Below, piece by piece: positions 37,325 through 50,236 of a DNA stretch of 64,000 nt (position 1 is its first letter; each line of letters opens with the position of its first letter). The stretch lies in contig OX638155.1 of assembly GCA_951804945.1 (NCBI GenBank), positions 35,402,001-35,466,000 on the forward strand. The letters run 5' to 3'. Under the pieces are notes generated by a model, which was not told the DNA's origin, searched no databases, and was given only the letters and a program-made list of their open reading frames with translations. Both the position numbers and the translations under genes were made by a program. The DNA comes from Podarcis cretensis (taxonomy: Eukaryota).

Positions 37325-39069
37325 GGGTTGACTTTGAAGGGGAAAGGGACAAAGAAGAGGAAGTCCATAGAAGAACTGATCCATGGCACATAAGCTGACC
37401 TGAGCTTGCAAGCATAACCCACAAAACAGCAGGGGGATGACCTGAATGCTTGAAAATGGCTATGACTCAGTTGGATAGGGGTTCCGTATGCTGAAGTTTC
37501 CACAGTGGGAAAGAGAGTTGATGAAAGAAATAAGGAACCTAAATTGGTGTTTTTGCTCACTCGCAGCCGATAGTGGTGAAACAGATAAATCGACATGTCT
37601 TCCTCAACAGTGGAAAGCACACAAATGTGTGTGTTTGGGTTTTTTTTTAAAAAAACAAAACACACAACCCCTTATTCACCTTCAGAAAACTTCTGAGGAC
37701 AAGGCAGCAAGCCATAGCAGACATTTAAAGAAAGAAGTTGACAGGGTCTATAATCTAAGCATTAACCTGCGGGATGAACAGAGTAGTGCAATGTTTTCGT
37801 TACTCGTGGTTATTATTTTTTCATTCCCTTCACCCCCTGCTCGACTTTGGAGCTGTGCAGTTTCTCACACTCCAGCTATGTCCATTTATCGCTTGTGATT
37901 TTTGGCAGATGGGCAGGAAATGACTGAACCTGGCAGAGCATATCAACAGTGAGCTGCACAACATCCCTTCTATTTCCACCTCTCCTCCCTGTGGTCCCTG
38001 CCACTGCTTGATTTACATTAAGATAGACAAAATGTCATCAGGAAGGCTGTCACCACTTTGGAGCTTTCCTAACATCACAGTGAAGGGGAAACACATGCCC
38101 ACGTCATGGAATTAGCCTGGAAAAGCCCACATTTCCCTTTGCTTGTGGGCTGTTGATCCTTTCTGCTTGGATAATTCCATTTGTTTGTGCAAGAAAAGAC
38201 CATGCTGATCAAAAACAAAACTTCCTGTAGCTGTGCACAGATTATTTTTTTAAAAAAGTTTTTAAAAGATGAGTTTGGTTTTTTTTTAAAGTATTTCATC
38301 ACTATGGCACATTTTTAGAGAGAGAAAGCAATTTAAATTGGGTTCCAGAGTGGCATATGAGAAACTGGACTATGATATCTTCATACATCTAAATGCCAGT
38401 TTTCCTTAGGAAAACCTGTGTAAGGTATTGGGGCCCTTGAGCACCAGAGGTCAGCTACCTTATTACTTTTGGCACCAAGGCAGCTCACAGGCTGAAAGGC
38501 TTACTGAACTGATCTTTCCTGTGCAGCAGCACCACAAACGTAATGGCCAGAGAAGGTATTGTAGCTTGCCAACCCGGCTGGGTCAGATGACCTGATCAAC
38601 CAATGGGGGCCTGATTGGCTCTGTATGACTTTTGCTCTAGCTTTGCTTTCTCAGTGTGATCAGCTTGCCTCTTGCCTTGCCTGCTTTTCTGATCAGCTTG
38701 CAACACTACCTGCCTTGCCTAATCATACCAAGAAGAACGCTTTGGTGAACAACCATGGAAAGTAAGTTATGTGGGACATTGTACTGCATTAATGGAAAGA
38801 GCCGTGAGTGGTTCCTGACATCAAATCTTCTAAGAAGATGCTACAATCAGGGGGACAATCATCAGCAAATATTTGAGCCTGTGCACCTTAGCCATTCTGA
38901 CAGAACATTTGATTTTGGACTTGCTTTGAAATTCTATTGACACAGCACTTTTAAGCACCATTGTGGGTAGGAAACAGTTCCATTGAGTCACTGCTCCTCA
39001 AGTAACCTCAGAAGTCCCAGGCCATGTGGAAGAGTATGCAGCTTAAATCTACCACACACTGGTGTTTTG

Positions 39070-39255
39070 AGGACCATAGCTTGGCGGAAGAACATCTACT
39101 TTGCATGCAGAAGGTCTCAGGTTCAATCCCCAGCGTCTCCAGTTAGAGCTGGGCATAACTGTTGCCTGAAACCCTGGAGAGCTGCTGCCAATCCATGTAG
39201 ACAACATTGAGTAAAATGGCCTAAGGCAGTTTTGTATAAGGCAGCTTGCTGTTTC
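39070..39255 (+). mobile_element. Squam3-like tRNA-derived SINE, near full length
   Basis: tRNA-like head (catagct...ggttcaatcccc B box) and body gcctgaaaccctggagagctgctgcc...gtataaggcagctt. Confidence 0.85.
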
Positions 39256-41436
39256 CAGAAACTGGAGCAATGGTAGGCTTCTTACATATGGAGCAGGAAT
39301 TGCCATGCCCATGAGAAGAAGCCCTTAATTGTATGTCCGTACTTGAGGATTCCTTCTCAGAAGCCTGACTTCTGGATCTCAAGGGGCCCTACTGATTGGC
39401 TGTCATTGAGAATATGTCATGAATATACTACTGTTACTTTAAATACCCACCAACATCTGTTTGAAAACAAAAAGTAGAGTGGATTTGCTCATGGGTTGGA
39501 TTCCCTTTATTAGTACACTTGAAGTTGAAAACAAACCCTGTTAAGTCAGATGGGGAGAAGGGGAGGGAATCCAGTTTGTTTATTTCATTAGGGTCTACAG
39601 CTAAATGTTGTATTTGATGTTTGTCATGGCATACTAATACTTCTTTTAAATAAGCAAAACCTGTGATCTTGCAACGGGGCAATGGGCACAGCAACAGAGC
39701 TGGAGAAAAGCTATTTCAAATACCCCTGAGCATGAAAAGTTACTCTTTTGTCCAAACAGAAAGCACAATCAGTAAGCAGACAGTTTGGGGTCTATTCCCC
39801 AGCAACTGCCTGAAAATGTAGTCAGTTTTAAAAACAAAACAAAAATTGTAGCCCAATTGATGTTTCAGCTGTTTTACGGCAAACACATTTTAGATAGCTT
39901 AATGTGTAATCCTTTCTTTTATGAACTATCGTATTTCGGGAATGAAAATGTGGTTCAGTCACTAAGTGATGTCATTCACATATATATATATCTAGAAGCA
40001 AACAGGATAACTAATGGTTTGTTTTATTCTTTATTTTCATTTTTCAAGAAAGCTTGAACATTGCGTCCCAATGTCAACAGATGCAGGGATCCGTTCATAA
40101 TTTAAAAATATTTAACAAACACCTCTTTCCACTTGCACAGAACCCTTACAGAAGCCTTACATTAGTGGCTTTTCTATAAACCAATCTGGTTATTACATCT
40201 CTTTAAGACTGGGCTTCTTATCTTAACACTCGTTTTGCACGTGAGGTAACTTAGGGACACAGGCAGATAGCTGGCATGCTAAAAATCATACAAGTCAGTT
40301 TGTGGTCAAACTGAAATTCAAAACATAAACTTCAGTCTAAGATTATACTGTTCTTGGAGATGAGCAGAATCCTTCCTATACTAACCATTCGCACAGCATT
40401 TTAAAAATATGTGAGGTTTTTTGCGAGCTTGCCAATTACACCTACAGTTTCCCAACATGCTCTCTGCTTAAAACAATTGTCAGAGCGAAAGTTTCCATGT
40501 CATCCTCACTTTCCCACTAGCACCCTGCACCCTCCCTCTTAAAAAAAGAATCCAAAATAGATTTAAGAAAGGCAGGTTTGTCATGTGACCACGCTACCTA
40601 TCAAGGGACCTGAAAAATAAAATTTTCTGTCGTTAAACCCATCAGATGTTACAGCAACAGGATGTGGCAAGACTGTGGTTTAATAAGGAGGTTTTTCTTC
40701 TGAATTTAACTTTAAAATGACCTTGCCATGGAAAAGTTTGTTTCAGAGTAAACAAAATAGCATAACTGATAACAATAATTTTATTTATTTCTTTTAGAGG
40801 CAACTATATTTCATCACATTAACATACAAAGTTTAAATGCTTTGCCTACAAGGCAAACTCTTCTGAAGTTCCTCTACCCTCCCCCCAATATTAAATTGGG
40901 TGCTCTTAGAATCACAAAGTAACCTTTGCTATAAAATAATGATCTATAGATGTAATCCTGGTCCTATCAAAGCTACTATTAATTTTAAATTAAGCCAAAG
41001 CACAGACTATTTTAGCCAGAGATCAAAGCTTTCTTAAGGCTTATGACAATGAAAACAAATGGGAGATAATTGGCAAAAGAAAAAAGAATGAAATATTATT
41101 ATTATTATTATTATTATGACCTTCCTCCTAAAGGAGCCATGGGTGGCAAACACAAAGAGTTAAAACAATACAATTAAAAATAAAATCAAAACATCTTTTG
41201 TTTTCAGTACAAAATGTGTCATATCATATTAATGAGATGATACAGGAGTAGACCACAGACTAAAGCACAAATGCTTTGGTGCATAGAAGAATGCAAGTTC
41301 ATATCTGCTATGACTTTACAACGATATACATCATTTGCAAATGCAAGTTAAAGAACAGAGACTGTTAAGCAGCAGAGGAGATAAGAATTTAAAGCATGGG
41401 CTGGAGAATGCTGAATCTGCAGTTTAATGACCCAAG

Positions 41437-41495
41437 ATTGGGGTTGGACTCGATGGCCCTTGTGGTCTCTTCCAACTCTATGATTCTATGATTAT
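41437..41495 (+). mobile_element. CR1 or POM-SINE 3' tail
   Basis: ggggttggactcgatggccc...ttccaactctatgattctatgatt. Confidence 0.75.
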
Positions 41496-42069
41496 TCTTA
41501 TTGAAAAGTGAGTTTTTGAGCCTGCTTCTTAAAATAAATAAATAAAGCAATGTTTAAATTAGCAAGACACTGCACCACATTCCACCTAAGAATATCACTG
41601 TGCAGCAGAGTGAATTCAGAAAGTATATTTACAGTGGAATCCTATATACAGTACAACTTCTCGAGCTCAATGGGACTAACTCCCAATTAAGTGTGTATAG
41701 GATTGTCTTCTTAAGAGTCTACAACTTTCTGCTTGCACCTGAATCACAAGAACAACTGGTGTGAGAAACATTCAACTGATTGCTTAGAGAATACCACAAA
41801 AGAACATATAGACGTTCCCAGCTCCAAAGCTAAGTGGTATATTCCAGGAAGATATGCAATTGTTAAGTTACCCATAATGGAGACAGGATGTGAGCAGATT
41901 CTGCAGCTGCAGCAGAGTTGTGCTAAACTGAACAACAACCTTAGGTCAGCCTCACACTGTAACATTTAGGACTTCTTACCTTGGGAGAGAGTAGCAATGA
42001 AATTGTGTGTATCTCTGTCCCTAGTGTTTATGAGGAATGTAGACAGGGTGACTCCCTGTCTCCATCCAA

Positions 42070-42175
42070 TGTCTGAAACCCTGAAGAGTTGTTGCAAGTC
42101 AGTGTAGAAAGTGTGGAGTTAGGTGGACCAATGGACTGACTGAGCGTAAGGTAGCTTACGTTATGTGTTCCTATG
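42070..42175 (+). mobile_element. Squam3-like SINE 3' half
   Basis: ctgaaaccctgaagag...agtcagtgtaga...ggaccaatggactgact...taaggtagctt. Confidence 0.7.
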
Positions 42176-44186
42176 AAATGAGGTTTGTTAAAACCCTCAC
42201 CTTCTTACTGGCCTTGATTTGGGGCCTCTAACAGATACCTGATCAGGTGAAGCTTTTACTGGCATGGAGATAAATAACGTGAAACACTTCATGTGCTTTT
42301 CATGTGTTGGGGTCAAATGAGATGTGATCCTAAAAGCATCACCAGCATCTATGTCAGGTTTTTATTTATTTTATGATCATTGGGACCACAGTGCACTAGA
42401 CGGGCTAGCCATGATCACCATGAAAACTGTCCCTATGTTATTCTGGGTGGTTGCAGCCTAAGTCTGCCCCCCACCAGTTTTGTTGAACTACAAAACTTGT
42501 GGTCCCCCAGAGTCTGATGATACCTCTCTCTTATGTGTGGGTGTTGCCAGTTTGACTGCATAAGGATTGGCCCTTATCCCCCAAATACTGCTAACAGAGG
42601 GAAGGACTATGTAGAGGTGCATTTATAGGCCTTTGCAGTGCTTTTCTCGGGGGGGGGGGACACACATACCCCTAAACATTTTGTGAATCTAAGTTTGGCC
42701 TCATTGAGGGGCAGTATTTCAATATGAGGAGGAAAATGAGAGTACCCCTAAACATTTTTTTAGATCATGTATAGCCAATGTAGAACCCTACAGATTTTGC
42801 TGGATTCCACCTCTCATCAGCCCCAGACTGCATGGCCAATAGTCAGGGAAGACAGGAACTGGCATACAACAACATCAGAAAGGCACCATGTTGGCTTCCT
42901 CCAATCAGATAATTGGTGGCCAGGAATTCCCCATCATTCCATGAATGTAGAGATGACAGTATAGAAATAGAGCATGCTTAGTTGCTACCATTTTTGCATT
43001 TTGCTCATAATTTTGTGGGACCCAGTGCTCCAGGAACACATAAAACACAGCATTGGCTTTTACTTGTGCCTGACTTTTTGAAAACTTAGGTTCCATTTCA
43101 GGTGGCACTGACTTACAGTAAAATGCTTAATTTCTGTGAATCCTGGGATGGAAGATAAACTTGTCATCCTTGAATGTATTTCATGAAAAACTAATTATTT
43201 GGCTTCCTCTCTTAACAATGGGCCTTAATGTATGGAATTATGCCAATACAACATCTGACTATACGTGTTGATCCTTCTCAGAGCTGAATGCCCTTGATTT
43301 CCATTTAATTCAGAATAAATTGTAAGTTCCTTCCCAGAGAATAAAATGCCCTCTGCTTTTTACAATATTGAATACATGGCCAACTCTCAAACAAGTAATA
43401 AAAATGACAGTAATGGAGCAGATGAACATTTGTGCCAATAACGCGAAAAAATTCTGCCCAGTGGGCTATATATTTTTATTTAATACATGTCGCTTGGGTC
43501 ATATACAATGTCTGTCTATAGTTTTCTCCTTCCATTTCTTTTCCTGAGGAACTATGCCTAGTCTTATCAAGGGAAAAACTGACAAATAAATGACATGAGC
43601 TGTAACGTTATAATATGAGGGACTTTGACTGCACTCTAAGAGAGGCATAATGATGCAAAACAAGGCAGATAAGAGAGTCATAATGGTAGCCAACCAGCAG
43701 ACTCTTCGGGGGGAAACCCCAACAAAATGCAACCCAACTTTATTTTAAGTAGTACTATTCAGGTCCTCTTATTATAAGCTGGCATTATTTCCTGTGCTAC
43801 AGCTCAATGTGGGAGCACATTGTTAATGATGTGTGAGAAGTCATCCTGCTCCTCTGGGCTGATTCACACTTGCATTTACATCAATTGGTATCCTGTAACT
43901 TGAAGACTTGCTGCTGAAGGTGTGAGCTGCCTCTGTTGAAAAGGACTTGTGGTTGAGGCGATGCATGATGCAAGCCCTGTCTATGCCTGAGGTGTTCGAT
44001 TTATTTTAAACATGCAAATCACCTCAGTGAGTAAGGGATATGTGACTCTGAACTCCTCCCAAGGGACCTTGTGACGTGTGAGAGAGAGATTCTGCAAAAG
44101 GCAGCACCCCTTTTAACTTGTTAGCTTTCTCATAGCCTGTGGAACAATGTGGGGACAGATGAAAGTTCTTCTGAGAACGAGCTTAG

Positions 44187-44187
<1 letters not shown>

Positions 44188-44232
<45 letters not shown>

Positions 44233-44550
44233 TTATTAAATTTCCATACTGCCCTTCATACAACACAAAAATGCACAACACAGTAACAAACAAAAATAAT
44301 AACACTCCCCCCCTCTGCCCAGTTTTAAATGCCATAGATTGTGTAATTAGCCAAAGGCCTGGGAGAAGAGGAATGTTTTTGCCTGGTGCCTAAAGATATA
44401 TAATGAAAGGGCCAGGTGAGCCTCCCTGGGGAGAGCATTCCACAAGCGGGGAGCCACCACAGAAAAGGCTCGTTCTCATACTGCTGACTTTTCATGGCAG
44501 AGGCAAACAAAGAAGGGCCTCAGAGGATGGTCACAGGATCCGGGTTGCTT
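44188..44550 (-). mobile_element. L2 3' fragment with (ATC)n tail
   Basis: gggagagcattccacaagcggggagccaccacagaaaagg is the reverse of the AFSVVAPRLWNALP-type segment; (ATC)n at 44188-44232. Confidence 0.75.
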
Positions 44551-46433
44551 CAGGGTCCTCATCAATAAAACTGGAATTATACTCTAGTGATGTTGTGGGG
44601 GTCAAAATAAGCTTTGTTACTCACACCTTTACTTTAGAGAGGGTTATACAAAAAGATGGGCACAAGAGCACACTGCTTTGCTACATAACTGAAGGTCTAA
44701 GTTAAATCTGCCTATAGTCAAAAGAGTTTTGATTTGTCTATTTATTGTTTCAATCTTTCTTTGGCCCCCAATGATGCTTTGCAGAACTCTGAATGGATGG
44801 ATGTCAAAGGTAGGAGGGACCCAATAAATTTGCATTTAAATTTATACAGATTATGTTTGTGTATACTATATAGACTTTCCCCCAGCAGCCAACTAGTAAA
44901 AGCTTTGAGTTTCTAGAATAGGTCACATTAACTTTGTATCGTACCATTATCATACAAGGATATTTGTCTCAGATTTGAAAAGATCTATTGGCCTAGCTGC
45001 ATCCTTTTGCACCGATACTCATTCCTGGTCAAATGGACCTCACTTTTCTCTGCCCATTCTCTCCCCGCTTCCCCCCCCTTTATATTTTCTCTTTAAGATG
45101 CTCCTCTTTGCCTTCTCCTTTTGGCCGCTGTATATATATATATATTTAGAGCCGTCTTCCTCACAACTTCCACATGCTACACTCCTATTCCTTCCTTTGG
45201 CATGTAGCTTTCTCAGTTTCCCTAAACTCCTCCTGCTTCTTTCACCCCTCTTTTTAGACCCCACCTCTGCTTCCCTTGAGCTCCTTAAAAATTGAGCATC
45301 TCAACCAATGGCAAACACACCCCTCTGTGGCATTAAGGGTAACTCAAACCAGAAGAGATGATGGAGATCTGTGATTGAGTCTGATATCCCCTTAATGCTT
45401 TACATTATTTTTTTGGTAATAAAAGGAACTCTCCCTCCATTACAATCAGGAATGCTATGCTGTGAGGAAGACAGCTGAGCCCCCTTCCCCCGTACCATCT
45501 ACCTCCCCCCTCCAAAAAATGCCACACTTTCCCTTCACTATCTCCTATGTGCTCTCTTTAAAAAATAAAATATCCATGCCAGTTTCTTCTAATGGGGTGA
45601 ACAGTAGTTTCAGTGGTAGGGTAGGGCCAGAGAAAACATTAACTCCTGCCCACCCTGCAGGGCCCTGGTGCTGATGTAACTCCTCTGTGCCCTGGTGGCT
45701 ACAACAAAATCCCTAAATGGATAGCAGCATCAATTTATATTGCGAGGATTTCCACTCACTACTGATTAAAACACAGCAATCTTCTTTCACGTAAGAAAGG
45801 TGTAAATAGGAATATTACATAACCACAAAGGAAGAAGGGTGTTGTTAGGAACTCTGTCGTGGATGGAAAGGCAATTCAGAAACTAGCAATATTTCCCTGA
45901 GGCAACAAACAACAGATCCAGCCACAGAATAATAGAAATGCAAAACAATTAGCCAACAACAACAAAAAGGCTTACAGAGCAGTGGAAAATGTAACCATAC
46001 ATTCCATGAAGGAACCGGATCTTGTGTTACCTCAGGTATTCTGGATGTGTCTAAATCATAAATTATTTTTATCTCTTTCATCATAATAAGCCACTGCCAC
46101 GGGGCATACTATTTTTGGAGCAAGAGAATAGGCCGGTGAAACACACGAGTGACAACAAGTAGCAGGTTTTAACAAAACATGATCCTCCCCTATGTGAATA
46201 GGGTTTTGGCAGTGATGTTTGACAGCCATTAGAGGGGAATAATTTTCCTACCTGAGATAGCCTTTCCTTTCCCTTTTGTTTGCTAGCTTGAAAAATCCAA
46301 ATTGTAAATGCAAAACGGGCTTGGTTGGTAAATGTACTTTGCTGATGATGTTCCAGATAAAGCACAAAGCCTTTCTTTTTTTCAGTCAGCTTTGAGGGTG
46401 CATATTATAATAGTCACCTGCTGCATTGACAGC

Positions 46434-46572
46434 CATAGAACCATAGACTCAGAGTTGGAAGGGACCAGGAGGATAATCTAGTCCAACTCCCTGCAGGAAT
46501 CTTTTCACCTAACGTGTGGCTCAAACCCACAACCCTGAGATTAAGAGTCTCATGCTTTATCAATTTAGCTAT
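46434..46572 (-). mobile_element. tRNA-Lys-derived SINE with CR1-like tail (POM/Squam2 type)
   Basis: Minus strand agcatgagactcttaatctcagggttgtgggtttgagccacacgtt (tRNA-Lys-CTT-like) joined to ttggactaga...cccttccaactctg...tctatg. Confidence 0.8.
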
Positions 46573-46845
46573 GGTTTTTATATATATCTTGGCTATTACC
46601 AGCATTGGCCTGCACACTTGGGTGGAGCTGTGGAGCCATCTCCATGATATCGTCATTGCTGCAGCAGAGCAGTGAGGTCAGGTCGGCATGAGCCCATTGG
46701 AGGAGTTAATCCAGTGCTCCTGCAAGCATGCCCCATGCAGACCTGACCTTGCAGCCACCATGCCCTGTCCAGACCAGGTAAGTTGCAGCAATGTTGGTGT
46801 TGAGAGGGTGGCTCTGCCCTACCACACAGACTACTTACTGCCAGT

Positions 46846-47096
46846 TAGTCATAACTTGGTTGTTGAAAGCCTTGGTCCACGTACGTTTTGGCTCCAAAAC
46901 GCCAAAAACCCGAAAGTAACTGTTCCAGTTTTCAAACATTTTTGGGAAGCAGAACATACGATGTGGCTTCCACAGCTTCCAGTTGAGTGCAGGAAGCTCC
47001 TGCAGCCAATCGGAAGCCGCATTTTGGTTTTTGAATGGTTCCGGGAGTCGAATGGACTCCCAGAACATATTAAGTTCGACAACCAAGGTACCACTA
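46846..47096. mobile_element. Tc1/mariner-type MITE
   Basis: Degenerate cagtcgtaccttgg-type TIRs; related to 53095-53317. Confidence 0.75.
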
Positions 47097-47573
47097 TATT
47101 ACTATAACTATGTGTTCCAAGCTTGTGAAATTTTGTTGTCTTGTTTTATTTCGTGGGAAGCCATCTTGAATGCTGTAGATGAGGTATAGAATAAATATTT
47201 CGAACGAACGAACGAATGAATACTGTACATCAATAACTAAGGTTGCAAAAATTATACCATGGATATGCTTTGGTAGGTAAACCAGGGAAAATTTCAACAG
47301 TGCTTGACATCTGTGTAGAAGCCACTTGACTAGAATTTGCCTGGGTTCCCATCCCGTATCAGTGTCATTCCTGGATTCATCCACTCACCCAAGGCAAATC
47401 TCATTAAGTTCAATATTTTCTGCCAAGCACAAATGAAAAGCTATGATAATTTGGATTTGTTCTGCTACAAATGGGGTCAGATTGGCTGCTGCTGGGTGTC
47501 AGTTTCTCCTGACCACTGTGTCATCTATAAATTGTTATGTTGATCTGGTCTATAAATATTTGACAAAATAATG

Positions 47574-47576
<3 letters not shown>

Positions 47577-47605
<29 letters not shown>
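47577..47605. repeat. (CA)n microsatellite
   Basis: Direct. Confidence 0.95.
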
Positions 47606-47608
<3 letters not shown>

Positions 47609-48030
47609 GCTAAAAGTGATGCTAAAGATGTCACAGTCTTTTCTTAGAGACAGGTATCTTAGTGGGAGTTTAAAGGTACAGAAATAGCTGCCCCAGCATA
47701 ATGCAAGTTGCAACTGTCCCCTCACCCTTCAATTCACACATAAATATACATATACACTCAAAAAGAAGGAGGACTAAGGGAGGGAAAGCCACATTTTAAC
47801 CAAAATTATGTATTTACATTCCTAATAGCACAAGTGAAGCAAAAGCTAGGCATGCATTCAAGTTTTACACAGAATTTCCATACCACAAAACAAAACAAAA
47901 CAACCCACTGTAACCGTTATGTCAAATAAAACAGCCAGTGCTCAAAACCTGAACTCTTAAAGGGCTGGAAGAAGAGAGGTGAGGTGGACCCCATGAATTA
48001 TTGCTTCTATTTTCTAGTACTTTCTTAATA

Positions 48031-48067
<37 letters not shown>
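48031..48067. repeat. (AAT)n microsatellite
   Basis: Direct. Confidence 0.95.
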
Positions 48068-49738
48068 GATTTCATTAGAATTTTGTCAACATTTGATAGC
48101 CTAAGTCATTGATGGCCAACAGACAGTTTGCAGACCCAACATGCCCTAGTAGTTCCATAGTAGTAAAGGAAAAAAAGAATGTTCCGATTAGTTTTCAGTA
48201 CATGTGCTTCATAACTCTAAAGCCCTTCCTGCATGGGTGAGAAACTTTCATCCCTCCAGAAAAGGCTGGCCATATCATGAGGCACATGGAGTCATGTGAC
48301 TCAGGCAGCAAATGGCGGGAAGACTATGCCCTTGCCTATCTACAGCCCACAACCAGCCAGCCACTGGGGTCCTTCCTCAGAATGAGGCACTGCAGGTGTG
48401 GTTGCTTAGTGTGGTTGTGCCATCATCTTGCAGTGCTTTAAGATGCCACGTTAAAATACAGCTCAAAATCCTCTTAAAACATAAACTGCGTTTCAAAGCT
48501 ATATTTTCAAGCACCACAAAGCAGTGCTCAAGTGCTCTCTGTGAAAATAGGCCACACTGGTATAGACATGGCCTAAGTCATCTCTGTTTTCTTGGTTCCT
48601 TTTTAAAAATGTTATCTTTAGTCCTGTTTTTCATAATAGAAGCAAATAACAATAAACCCAATAAAAACATCTCAAACAGTTTTCTTGGTCCTAATTGAAT
48701 GATGAAGGCTACCCCAGCATACCTACTGGTCCTAATACAGGACTGTCATGAGAGCAGAACGTAAAACAGGTTGTTTTTTTAGGATTGCTGGATTTTAAAT
48801 AATTGACATTTTATGGTAAAAAACAAAACCAGATGGAATTAAGTGTGGCTCAAATTATGGTCAAGGACACGTCATCTTGCTGCAAACATCTGGAAACAAT
48901 TATAGTTCACACCAAATCTTGTCACATGACACTTAAAGACATATCACTTGTCAGCAGACATTTTGTACCCACCCACCCGCATAAACATACAGTATCTAAT
49001 GATTTTACTAGGAAGGAATGACATTTTCTCTAGGCCTGTGACTGTAGCATGCAGTCTAATTTTATGGAAGTTCAAAGCTGCAATCCTAAACACACTTCCT
49101 ATGAAGAAAACCCCACTGAACACACTAGGACTTACTTCTGAGTAAGCATGAATAGGAATGCACTATTAAGTGCACAAGGATTCCTAAATGTTGTATAAAT
49201 GTTTTCCTGATCCATGATTTTGTCAGGTAAGTTACCATCCTACTTATGTTTGGAAATGGCACCTCACTTTCCTCCTCTGAAAATTAGCTTTGGGAAGGAG
49301 CAGTTTTCAGGAGTGAAATAATAGGTGGATGGATGCACAAACTTTATTCCACCTGCCAGTTTCTCCTTGCAACTTGCCTTCACACACTTCAAGAGAGTTC
49401 TAGACATGCGTTTGCTATCCCAGGAGAAGTGGAATCCCCAGGGTTTCAGTATATCAGAATATGTCATTTTTTGGCTCAAACCTTCTCTATCCTACTCCTT
49501 AAATCCCTATTTTTTCCACTCTTGCTTGTAAAGTTTCCACTGAAACCACTTGAGAGTTTCATCCATGAGAATAGGAAGCTTATTCCACCGCATCAATGAC
49601 TTACTGCCCTGATCAAGGGAAGCAATAGTCCGCCATGGTCAGACCATATCTGGCACCACAATTTAAGGAGGATACTGACAAGATGGAACATGGAGGGTAA
49701 CCAAGATGATTAAGGGTCTGGAAACCAAGCCTTATGAG

Positions 49739-50236
49739 CAGTGTTCAAAACTCCCATTGTTCTACGCACAAAGTGCGCATGCACACAAAAGCTCATACCA
49801 ATAACTAACTTAGTTGGTCTCCAAGGTGCTACTGGAATGATTTTTTAAAATTTTGTTTCAGCTATGGCAGACTAACACGGCTACCTACCTGTAACTTGTT
49901 CTAGGCACATTTTGTGACAGGAAATTTCATTAGTGCAAGCAGTAATGTGCCTAAGATTTCAGATTAAAATTGCAGAGGAAGGAAAGGAGCAGCTTTTTCT
50001 GCCTCCCCACTTCCAGCTACCCTCTGGAGACGAGACCCTCTTAAGAATATTGGGGGGTGGGGTGGGAAGGGGAAGGACTAGACCATGTGAAAAACGAACA
50101 TAATATTTTAGCTGCAGTTCATTCATTTCCAGCTCTGTATTCTTGTTATAAAAAAGTGTGCCTCAACATTCCACCCATAACCTAGGTTTGAGGTGCCATT
50201 TAACTCCTAGCTTTCACATCACAGTTTCTAACACTG
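49739..50236. mobile_element. hAT-type non-autonomous element inside CR1
   Basis: TIRs cagtgttcaaaact / agtttctaacactg; 8-bp TSD cttatgag (49731-49738) / cttaggag (50237-50244). Confidence 0.8.
49771..49895 (+). mobile_element. Penelope-like element terminal (pLTR) fragment
   Basis: aaagctcatacca...ttagttggtctccaaggtgctactgga...cagactaacacggctacc; 14-bp flanking duplication ttgttcta(c/g)gcaca (49757-49770, 49896-49909). Confidence 0.7.

Noticed and set aside
49268-49276. Possible 9-nt minus-strand microexon (ttttcag|AGGAGGAAA|gtgagg)
   Set aside because: Short pyrimidine tract; such matches are frequent by chance and nothing else supports it
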